From Cenococcum geophilum (Eukaryota): a stretch of DNA of 64,000 bases. Below are positions 1-11,800 of this stretch, in pieces. Each line of letters opens with the position of its first letter. Position 1 is the stretch's first letter. The stretch lies in the NCBI GenBank assembly GCA_050273025.1, contig CP158635.1, positions 7,750,001-7,814,000 on the forward strand, given 5' to 3'. The translations under genes and the position numbers were made by a program. Below the pieces are notes generated by a model, which worked only from the letters and a program-made list of their open reading frames with translations, did no database searches and was not told the origin of the DNA.

Positions 1-1593
1 AAAAGGTATAAATACTTTAAAGCTACTATATAAGCCGCTTATTAATTATAGTGCTAAGGGATTGGAATATAAAGGAATTATTATAGTAGTAGATAGATTT
101 ATAGAATTCTTTTAATCTCGGCGTCCGCTATATATATATTTACGCCTTTTAATTCCACTAGTAGCTGCTAGAGATTATATAAGTAGTTTACCTACGCAGG
201 AACGTATATAGTACTATTAATATAGTAAAAGAAGCAGTAATTCTTTTTATAGATTTAATTTTTCTCTCCTCTAGCTACTATAGGGCCTTATAGTAATTAT
301 ACTTATATATAGCCCGCTCTATAATAAACTAATAATTAATACCCTATAATAGAGGATCCCTTATAATATTTAGACCTAGCTTATATACCTAACCTATATA
401 AAATAGGGTGTAATAAAAGCCTATATCTAGTATAGAATATAAACTAGGGTAGGTATTAGCGGTATTTAGAAATAGTAGCTATCTTTATATAGGAGAAATT
501 CTTCTTACTCTACCTATAGCCTACTAGTACATCTTTACTAGGAGTAGGGCGTAGCTAAAATCTACTAGGGTAGAGGAGGAGTAGGAGTAGAAGAAGGAAA
601 AGAAGAAGAAGAAGAAATAAGAGGATTATAAGAGCTAGTAGAAACAGGGCGTAGCTCTATTTATTAACCGGTATACGCTTATATTCACTATAAGTTAGTA
701 TATATATATTAAAAGAATAAAGGAGAGTAAGAGACTTCTATTAGGCGGTAAAGTAAAAAGACCTAATTGTAAATATATCTTCCTCCTACTAGGGTTACTC
801 TATTAGCTATTATATAGACTATTATAGAGGCTATAGCTACCTCTAAACGTGTACGTTTAGCTACTATAAGTATCTTTATCTTTTTAAATTATAAGGTATA
901 CTTATAATAGAATTTCTATAAAGATTTTATAGGGCTTTATACTTTATATAGAGCTCTATATATAAACTTTCTTAACCCCTAAACTTTATACTACTCCTTT
1001 ATAAAACTTAATAGCTCTATATAGCTATAGAGTATATAATTACTACTCCTCTATAATAATGTGTTGCTTAAGGCTATAAAGTAGATATATAGTAGGTAGG
1101 GAGAGTCTTCTATAATTCTATAAAGCGATTTTTATATTATTAATATAGGTAAAAATATTACTATATAAATAGTGCATAAAATATTAGAGTTAGTAGTTAT
1201 TAGTTAAAGTTTTAGTTTAACTTATATTATATATAAAAAATATAAAGAATATTAAAATATACCTAGGTAAACTATATAAGGACTTTAGTACCCTTTAAGA
1301 AAGTACTCCCTAAGAACTTTATAGTAGGAAGGATATATTAATAAAGAATATAGAAAAAGTAGAAGAAAATAGCGCTATATTAAGGCCTAGGCTAGTATAT
1401 AGAGGTAAAGAATATATATAAGAGGTTAATAAGGATAAGAATAAGAAAGAGAAAGAAAGTAAAGTATAAAGGAATACTAGAAAACTAACTACTATAATAT
1501 AGTAATAGATAGACTAATACCAAAGAAATATATATAAAGTATAGGTAAAAAGAAAGTAAGTTATAGAATAGTAATACTATAGAGTAAAATTAC

Positions 1594-4259
1594 TTATTAT
1601 TATTATGATAAGATATTTAATTACGCTATTATAGCTTCTATTAGGGTCTATATAGCGGGTCTATATAGGTATATATATATATAAAAGAGAAAATATACTA
1701 CTATTTAAAGCTAGGTAAAACCTTTCCTTTTACTATTATATAGCCTATATAGCCTCTCTTCTAATTAGTAACTATTAAGTATAAGTAGTTATCTCCTTAA
1801 GGCGCTATAGAAAAGCTATCTTAATATATACTCCTAAGTCCGTCTAGTAGGGTATATAGCTATAGCCTAGGTTCCGTTCCTAGCTACTTTAGTTATTTAA
1901 GTAGGGTATAGGCTAGCGGCCCGCAAGGCTAGTTATATAGAAGGTTAGTAGTAAAGAGGTAGGTATAGAATAGATAGAATTATAGGGATTTAATATATAC
2001 TACGTATACTACCGTTTATTTTATTATTTATAGCTTTATCTATATATAATGGCGCTAAGGCGCGTTACCTACTAAATTTTACTAAATTTTACTATATCCT
2101 ATAAATACTATAGGCCTAATAGAGCTACTACTTTTCCTTTTTACTCTTTTACTTTCTAGAATTAAGCTTCTCTATAGCCCCCCCCCTCTTAAAGTACTTT
2201 TTAAACTCCTCTTTTTACCCTAGCTAGCTCCCTAGCTAGTAAGAGGTTTATTTATATAAACTAGTCCGCTACTACCTTAGTAGCCTTTAGCTTAGCTAGG
2301 AGCTCTTTATATAAGAATATTCTAGTATAGTAATATATTTTTATCTAGCTAGCAATATACCTAAGGTAGAATACTGCTATATATATTATTAATTATTAGT
2401 TATAGCCGTATAGGTAGGCTAGAGTTAGGTATTCTAGTACTTTTCTATAGTAGAGGTATCTATTAAGCCCTATATACTTAATTCTAAGTAGTATATTAAT
2501 TATACTCTCTTTATAAGCCTTATATAGTAAGTAAGTATACTCTAGTACTTTTTCTATTTCCTTTTCTACTACTTCTTAAATGCCTTTTACACCCTAGCCC
2601 TTCTACTCTTTATATACTATACTTTAGATAGGTCTAATAACTATATATCTATTTCTAAGATAGTAGCCACTATCCTCTTAAGCTTATCTTATCTAATAGG
2701 CTATATTAGTAGCTTTATTCTAGGCTAGAGCGAGTAGGCTATTATAGCTTATATAGTATTATACTCTCTTACCAGCTCCTCTTATATTCTCTCTATATAG
2801 GCTATAGCTAGCTTTTTTAAGTATATTTAGAGTGGTAAAAACCCTATCTTATACTTAAGCACTACTATTAGTATTAATTTATACGCCTCTATAATAGTAT
2901 AGAGGTATAGGTTCTACGCTACGTCTAGCTAGTATAGCTTAGTTTTACTTATCTCCTTAGGCTTTATCTACTCTAGTAGTAAATACTAGGTACTATATCC
3001 GTATAAGATTACTAGCTAGACTATAGTAGAGTATACTATCTGCGCCTTTTAAAAGGAGGCGCTCTATATAAAGGCTATAAGCTAGGTTAATACGGCTATT
3101 TAGGTAACTATATTTACCTTAATAATATTAATATATAGTCCCTATTTAAGCTTTAAGTTAATATATACCCCTAGTACGCATAGGTTACTAACTAATCCTT
3201 CTATAAAGCCATATATATTAACTATAGCCTTTATATTAAACTTCTTATAGCTTCTTATAAAGTAGATAAGGTAGTACTTTTTAGGGGTAAATACTACCCT
3301 ATACTAGTGTGTCTATACTATATATACTTTATATACCATTTCTAGGGCTCTATAGTTCTCCTCTATAGTTTTACTATATATTAGTATATTAAAGTTATTA
3401 ATAAACCTAAACGCTATAGTAGTGCCCCCTTATAGCTCTAGTAGAAGCGTATAAGTAAAGAAGAGAAATAGGATTAGTAATAGCGCTAAGCCTTAGAGTA
3501 TCCTAGTATTTATCTATATTATTTATACTATATATCCTCTAATTAAGAGCGTTATTATTTAATCCTTAAGGAAGGACTTTATAAACTATACTATCTAGTA
3601 GGGTATAGCCTAGGCCTTTATATTATAGATTATTCTTTTATAGGAGACTTAGTTAAAGGCCCTAGAAATATTAAGGCTAAGTAGTAAGGCTATTAGGCTT
3701 AAATTACTCCTCTATACTATATATACCTATTAGGTTAGTAGCTCTAGCGCTATTCATATTAAGCGCCCTAGCCTTACTACTATTTAACTAGCTAGTAGTA
3801 TACCTATTTCTTTTATAATTCTAAATATCTAGCTAGCTTCTATTCTCTTAAGTAGTTTCCTAATAGTATTAAGTAGCGTAGTTAGCTAGTAGGCCTTTAC
3901 TATAGTATAGAGCGGCTTTTATAGTTTTTAGGGGACCATTATAATAGAGTTTTTAAACGGCTTTAGGTAATATCTAATTACTATATAGCTACTAAAGAGC
4001 TTAGCTAGTACTAGGGCTAGCTACTCTCTATATATCTTAAGGAATTAATTAGTAACCTTCTTTAGGCCTAGGGCCTTATTAGGGGTAAGCCCCCTTAGGG
4101 CTATAATAATATCCTTTTCCTTAACTACTTTCTTTACTATTTATAGCTTTAGGTATATAAAACCTAGTATATTACTAAGGTCCACCTCTATAGGTAGTAG
4201 GAAGAACTACTTTATAAAGATAGTAGCTATTTTTTATTATTATAGTATAGGGCCTTCTC
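1594..4259 (-). mobile_element. Tad1-like LINE (LINE-A), 3' part: reverse transcriptase, C-terminus and probable 3' UTR/tail; RIP-degenerate
   Basis: Minus-strand de-RIPed motifs: SLDISGAF (~3655-3680), TGIPQGSALSPILFLF (~3465-3510), GFVDD (~3395-3410), LRVLGVYIDSKLKW (~3140-3185). (TAA)n tail-like tract at 1594-1605; assigning 1594-2050 to this element is inference. Interrupted at 4260 by Gypsy-A. Confidence 0.8.
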
Positions 4260-4683
4260 TATAACGGAACCTTGTAGTAAGTACTATAATAGGCTTATTA
4301 ATAGGCTAGGTGTATAGGTGATACAAATTAAAGTTAATAACGTAATAATAACTAGTAGAGTAGTTGCCTAATAAATTAACTCTAATTATATTCTAAGAAT
4401 TATTATAAGGAAGGAACTATCTAGGTAGGGACTAAGGGTCCTTAAATACACAACCGTACTCCTATAAAATCCTTTTTATATATAATATACGTATACTTTA
4501 TCTACTCTATTACGGATTATATAGATCCTATAGATTATATAAATTACGTTACGTAACCTTAGTTACTATTCCTCATTATATAGCTCTATTAGCTCTATCC
4601 TAAACCGTGCTTAAATTAACTAACTAGCTTCTTTTCACTCCTCTCCTAGTAGTCGTAACATTATACTTAAAGCGTTTATAACA
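4260..4683 (-). repeat. Gypsy-A 3' LTR
   Basis: Direct repeat of 21126-21549; ends TA(TG)..CA. Confidence 0.93.
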
Positions 4684-7195
4684 CTATCTTCCTCCTTCTT
4701 ATCTTTATCCTTAAAGATTCCTAATATCTCTAAGTTATTTACTAGAGGTATAATATTCGTTTAATTAATTTGGTTAATATTATTGCTTATTATACCTAAA
4801 GCAATTTCTTCTTCTTTAACTGTTCGTCGTATTCGCACTATTACTGCGATATTGTCTCTTAGTAAGATTATACCATCTCTATATTCTTATTGTTTAAAAA
4901 AGGGGTTAGTTTATATTATATTAGCGAACCTATCTTCGCAATAACTATTCTCTTACTTAGAGTGCACTAAAGCGAATATTTATTTGTCCTGTGACGTTTG
5001 CTCTATCTTTAATGCTAAATATATATAACCTATTACTCTTAATAGTCGTCTGGTTCTCTAATTGATTTATCTTAAGGTTTTATATTTAATCTACTACTAC
5101 GCGGCTAGATAATAAACTGTCTATTACTTTAGCAGAGTTACGCTATTCGCGTAATATAAAACGGGAGGCTGCCAATACTTAGTAACAGGCTCTTAAGTCT
5201 TGTCTTATAGCGTCTACTTAGTTAATCCGTCTTAAAAAGGTTTATAAGAAGGTCTATTTTAAGGAGTAGAAACTTATAGAATAAGGTCTATAGGAACTTG
5301 GTAATGAAGGAACGGATTCTCCTCTAACCGAGAAGGAAATAGATCTAAGTAGCTCGGCAACTGCTCTTCTTAGGTCCCCCTTAGGTGACTTATTCTTTAG
5401 TAATCTTTCTTTATTAATACTACCTAACCTAATTTCTTTTAATACTTCTATACCTTTCCTATAGCGTTTTTTAGATTCTCTAGTAGTTTCTAGATAGTTT
5501 TAGTATAGCCTATCTACTTAACCTCGTACTATATTTCGTTATTAATATCCTTATAACTAATAATCCTTAAAACTTGCTATTTATCTTCCTTCTGTCCTTT
5601 ATACGTATCTGCTTTATAAACTAGTAGCTTAATATTCCTATATACTGGCTCTAGTATTACAATATACTATATAGGGTAGATCTTTATTTTAGCTAGTAGG
5701 TTTAACTTAAACGTAATTGGTAAAATTCTTTATATAATTTTAAAAGGTCCTAGTCTAACGTGGTCTAACTTCTTACTTAATCGTTAACTCTTAAAATTTT
5801 TATATAGTAGCTATACTTTATCTCCCTCCTTAAGATCTGGTCCCTTAAATCTCCTAGCATTATAGTACCTTTTTATTCTTTGCTGTACCGTCTTTACTAT
5901 TTCCATAAGGTCTTTATAAAGATTTATTAACATCTCCATCCTTTATTTAGCTGTACTACTTATCTTCCTTTTTTTTAATTTTTTTTTATATCCATTGTAT
6001 TATACTACGTACAATACTGCGCATGCAGCCTCTAGGCTATGGCGCTATAGTCCTATATACATAAATCCCTTAGGGCAGCTTAATATATACTAGTAACTAT
6101 ATCCTAGTAGTTTATAAGCCCCTAAACTAGGGGTTTATAGTTCCTTAGTAAGATACTAAGTTACAAGCAACTACTAGGGAATGAGAAAACGGTAGAAAAC
6201 TATAAGAAATACGAAATTCTAACGCCTTTCCCTATCCTTTTGTAATTTATTTCTATCCTTTACTTACTAATATCTCTTTTCTAGGAGCCTAGTAGGAGTT
6301 ACCTCCTATAGATCCTGCTGTTATTAGCCACTTTCTAGTAGCTATCCCTGTCCTACTTAGAAATAGAAAAAGCGCCTTTTTTCCTTTTTGTGTACAAAAT
6401 AGCTTCTTTAAAGAGAGAGAAGAGCCTAGTTTCTTTCGCATTTCTCTTTTTTCTTCCCTATATAGGTTGCAGTCTAGTAGTAGATGTCTAGGGGTTTGTA
6501 GTGCTCTACATTCTCTAAAGTATCTACCTTCTTTATCCTCTCCTATTACTTTAGTAAAGGATTTAAAATAGCCTTTTCCTAGCTTTAGCTGGAAGAAAGC
6601 CGATTATAGCCTTTTAGGATATTTATCCTTAGGGGCTTTAAGAGAAAAGGAATGGCTTCCTTTACAGATCCTAGTATAGTATTTTCCTTTATTCTTATTC
6701 TACTGCCAGTTATTTTTCTACTGTTCTAGTATCTCTTCTCTTGCCGCTCTCCCTATATAGGCTAAGGAGGTATAAGAAGATTATAGTTTTCTTCTAGAAA
6801 GGCCCTTTTTTACTAGCTTATCTGCTGTTTCGTTCCCATAGATTCCTAAATAGCTAGGAACCCAGTAGAAGTTAATAGAGATCCCCTTACTAGCTAAATA
6901 GGAACAGCTTTACGTAATTTTAAAGACTAGTTCTTGCCCCCCTATAAGAGAATTAAGCTATAATCTCTTAATAGCCGCTTGGCTATCTATAAAGATATAG
7001 ACTTATTTCTCTTCTAGTCTTTATTATTTTAGGTATTCTAGGGCCCTATAGACTGCATAAAGCTCTGCATTTATAATTTCTATATAGGGTCCTAGATTCT
7101 AGTTCGTTGTATATTTAATCCTATTTCTCTCCCCTATTTTATATATAGCAGCTATATTTAATTTATTGTCTTTAGAGCCATCTGTATAGTATATA

Positions 7196-8884
7196 TGTGA
7201 CGGCGCTGGGGCGCGTTACCTAGTTAGGGGTTCGCTTAGGACTTGGCATGTGTATATGGACGTGGCCTCACCACCTTCTCTTGCTCCTTAGCTTAATATC
7301 TTCGTAATACAGCATTTGTTCGCTTCTCCTTGCAAGCATTTATTTAAGTCTCTGTCGAGACATTTGTTTGGTAGTTCGAGCCGTCACATTATATTAAGCT
7401 CCCCAGTCATACGCAGGCTGCGGTATCTTAGGTCTTAGGTTCCGTATAGGCTGATTATGCATGCGTGCGAGCGACACCTATAGCTTCTCTTAGGTTTACC
7501 CCAGGCTCGCGTTTCTTCTTCTTTATTATTATTATCTTCTTCTTCTTCGATGGACCCAATGCAGGCTTTTGCAGACTTACAGGCCCAGGTCGCACAGCTG
7601 CAAGCCGAAGTCCAATTTTTACGTTCTATAACGACCACCCCCTCCCAACCGAAGCCCTCCCTTCTAGACCCCAAAAAGTTCAACGGACACCCTCATAAAT
7701 TTAATACTTGGTTGCCATTAATTAAGGCAAAGTTACGGGTTAATAGTGCGGCTATTGGCGATACAGTCGCGTAGTTCTACTACGTGTACTTAAATCTCGA
7801 TAGCAGCGTACAGGCAATGGTTCTCCCCCAGCATAGACAGGCAGAAAAGTTAAATGCGTGGGATTACAATACAATTCTTAATTAGTTAGTGCGCGTCTAT
7901 AATAACCTAAACAAGGTGCAACAGGCAGAGGATAGGCTGCTGTCCCTACGGCAAGACAACGATTTAGTACCGACCTATATATCAAAATTCGAACGCGTTC
8001 TGTACGAGGCAGACGGGCAGAATTGGCTAGATGTTAACAAGATATCAATATTTAGGAACGGGCTAAGCACTACCATCCGTAGTAGGCTTAATCAGCAGCT
8101 TAACCTACCGAAAAAATACCCTGATTTTGTTCGAACCGTCAACAGCTAGCTGGCCGATTGTCTTCTTATTCTACGGTACAGTCTTCTAGCAACGGCAACG
8201 GCAACGGCAACTACCATCGCGGAGCAGAGCCTATGGATATCGGTACTATTGGAATTAACGCAATTGATACCTCTATCTCCGCACGATCTACCTCCGCACG
8301 ATCTACCTCCGCACGATCTACACCCCCACAATCTACTAGTTCCCCCACGGGACCCTGCGCTCGGTCCATGTCACCAGCTTACAGAGAACGATGTAGATTG
8401 GAAGGACGTTGCGTACGCTGTGGTGCACATGACCACTGGGTTAAAGATTGTCTGCTAGAGCCGTTTAAGAAGCAGATTAGTATGACAGCTCTCCGCGACT
8501 ATAACCAGGCTCTCCAAAAACAGGCTCTCCGCGATCTGGCTACCTATAATCAGGAATTTGAATCGGATTTGGATATGGATGAGGAAATTGGTCGGTTACA
8601 AAGGGGTAAGATTTAATCTATTTACTGTATGCAAGATAGACAAGCACCTAGAGAAAAGCCTGAGGGCAGGCTTTTTCAAAGAGGGGGGTGATGTGACGGC
8701 GCTAGGGCGCGTCACCTAGTCAGGGGTTCGCTTAGGACTTGGCATATGTATATGGACGTGGCCTCACCACCTTCTCTTGCTCCTTAGCTTAATATCTTCG
8801 TAATACAGCATTCGTTCGCTTCTCCTTGTAAGCATTCATTTAAGTCTCTGTCGAGACATTTGTTTGGTAGTTCGAGCCGTCACA
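7196..8884 (+). mobile_element. Gag-only non-autonomous LTR retroelement (TR-GAG-like), 1689 bp
   Basis: 193-bp LTRs at 7196-7388 and 8692-8884 with TGTGACGGC...GCCGTCACA termini; TSD ATATA (7191-7195 / 8885-8889); PPT GAGGGGGG at 8681-8688; no pol sequence inside. Confidence 0.93.
7550..8616 (+). pseudogene. gag: Gag (capsid-like domain plus CCHC zinc knuckle), lightly disrupted
   Basis: ORFs 7550-7774, 7889-8149 and 8158-8616 join into one gag if the TAGs at 7772 and ~7883 are read as CAG and a 1-nt deletion near 8140 is restored. Motifs DPKKFNG, EPMDI and CVRCGAHDHWVKDC. Confidence 0.85.
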
Positions 8885-11800
8885 ATATATCTACTAGGTC
8901 CCACTCTAGGGATTCTTATAAACTTTCTACTAGTCTTAGATATTCTTATACAGCTTCTTCTTTACTACCCCTTAAGATAGAAAAAAATGCAGAGATAGGA
9001 GGAGACCACGGTTTTTGCCATTCTAGAGAGATTCTCTCTATTTTTTAGTTTTAAATTAGCTGCTGAACTCTAGAGGCTAAAGATAGTAGCTATATCTTTA
9101 GCTGTAAGAGGTACTTTATAGTAGAGTTTTTAGGGCTAGAACTAGAGCTAGAATTAGCTGCTAATTCGTTCCTATCTTTATTAATCTCTTCTATATAAAC
9201 CTTCTTAATTATATAGTTTTCCTTAAATTTTAGGATTCTTAATGCGTAGTTATTGCAAAGCTTTTTAAATTTAATTCTAGGAGGAGGAATAGAGGCTTTA
9301 ATCTCTACAGCTTGGCTAGGAGATCCTCTAAATGCTCCTAGAACTAGTTTTAGGGCCTTATTTTGTAGAGATTGGTACCTATTTAGTAGGTAGTCTCTAG
9401 ATTTGCTTTTCCACTAGTATTATACACTGTAGTCTGCTATAGTAGTAACGCAAGCTATATAGAGCTATCGTAGGGCTTATAGAGATAGACCTCTTTATAT
9501 ATTACCTAGTCTTCTAATTAAATAGAAGGCTGTTTTTGCTTTAGAGATTTATATTTCTATATATTATTTAAAAGTAAGCTTAGAGTCTAGAAATACCCCT
9601 AACTACCTAACTAGGGGTTTAGGAGATATTTCTACGTCTCCTAGCTTTAACTCTTCTTCTATAGTAGTGCGTTTACTATAAAAGTGTATAAGCTCTATTT
9701 TACTAACGTTGAAACTAATAGCAGCTTCCTTAGCTTTAGATATTAGTTTTAGCGCTATTCTCTCTAGCTTTTCACAATTAGACTTAGCTGAATTTAAGGT
9801 AACCATAATTGCAAAATCGTCCATATAGCTAAGAGAGTAGGCTCCTTCTGTCTATATACTGCAGATATTGCGTATATATAGTAGAAATCAAATAGGGGAT
9901 ATAGGCGATCCCTATGGTATCCCTATTTCTAATTCTACTTTTCCTTATATTTGCCCATTAAAGGAGAGCTATAGCTTTCTATTGCTAAGGAAAGTAGCTA
10001 CCTATTATATAAACGCTATAGGTAGTCCTAGTTCCTTATAGATAAATAAAAGCTGGTTTTTAGAGATATAGTTAAAAGCCCCTCTTATGTCTAGGAATAA
10101 CGTAGTGGCTATTCTTTATCTAGCTTTTTTCCTACTATTTTTAGATTGGATATTATTTAGAAGTAATAAAACTGCGTCTATTACAGACCGCTGTCTTCTT
10201 CCTCCTAGTTAAGAATCTTAAAGTAAGCTAGTAGTACTAGCTAGATATCCTAATCTAGTAGTAAAGATCTTTTCTAAAGTCTTTCCTAGGTAGTTTAGTA
10301 AGGAGATAGGTCTATAGGACTTTGGTAAGGAATAGTCCTCCTTATTTACTTTAGGGAGAATAACTCCTTAAGCTTCTCTCTAGACCTTTAACTAATAGCC
10401 TAAGATAAACAAAATCCTATAGATTCTATATAGAAGATCTTCTATATTAGGGTAGGCCTTTTATAGAATTATAAACGATATCCCATCTGGTTCTAGAGCC
10501 TTTTTATTAAAGCTAGAGAAAATTACTTATTTAACTTCTATTTTCTCTAGTTCTAGCCATTCCTATTTATTATCTATTATATAGTCCTTCCACTCTATAG
10601 GGCTAGTAGAAGGGGGGGGTTTAGGGAATAGAGTAGTTATAAAAGCTTTGCACTGGTCCTTGAAGCTTTTTACCAGTCTAGTAATCCCGTCTTTACTATA
10701 CTATAGACTAGGGATTATTTATAATGTTCTTTCCTTTGTATATTTTAGGGTAGTAAAGACTTCCTTTCCTTGTGCTTTTTTTAGGAAGCTATTCTAGCAG
10801 CTAGTCTTAGCTTCTCTTATTGCGTAAAAGTATTAATTTTTGGCTTCTTTATAGAGTTCTAGTCTAGAACTTCTAGTAGGTTGTTCTTCTTAAAGTCTTC
10901 CTAGTTTTGCTATTTTTTGTCTTTTCTTTAGAAGCTCTTTATTCCACCATAGTTTAGAGAATTCGTAGGTTCTAGATTTAGGGATAGCTTTCTCTACTGC
11001 TAGCTTTATAACTCTAGTAAGATCTATTACTAGATTATCTACTAGTGTACTTAAGCTTCTATCCCTAGGTCTATAGGAATCTTCTAAAGAGGCTAGGGGA
11101 CCTTTTTCTCCTATCTCTATATAGGGGTTTTCTCCTACTAGTTCTTCTAGTACTAAAAGTTTCGCTTCTAGTTCTAGCTCTAGAACTTGCTCTTTTAAAG
11201 AGGTAGGGAAAAGCTCCTAGTTTACCTTTTTTATAGAGAAAGGAGTTTCTTAAAGAGGGTTTAGGTATCTTTACATCTCTCTAGTAAATAGGGAGAATGC
11301 TATAGTCTTATGGTTAGATCCTGTTTCTTCTATTATAGTCCAATTATCCTAGGTATATTCTTGGAAGTTTCCTAAGTAGAAGGCTAGGTCTATAATAGAC
11401 TTTTCCCTTATATTAGATCTATAGAAGGTCCCTTCCTATTTATCTAAATTTAGTAGTTAGCAGTTATATTTGTCTAGCCAGTCTACTAGTTCTTTAGCCT
11501 CCCTAGTTAGGTTCCTAGCTAGCGCGTTCCACCGTTTATAGTGTAGGTTATAGTCTCTTATTAGTATAAAAGGGAGATCTATTTCCAGTTCTAGATTGGC
11601 CCTAGAGATAGTAGTCATACTACTTCTTTAGGTTCTAGAGTTTTCGTCCAGTTATCTCTTATTATAGATATTAAATAGTAGAAATCTTTTAAGTTGGCCA
11701 TAGATTTCTAATACTATAATATCTATATCTTTGCAGATATCCTCCCTATTTCTATATTATAGAATACTAGAAATAGTTTTCCTTATATAGATAGCTACTC

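Noticed and set aside
1..1590. Possible transposase or gag remnant on the minus strand (~660 downward)
   Set aside because: Too RIP-degraded; no diagnostic motif or termini found, left unassigned
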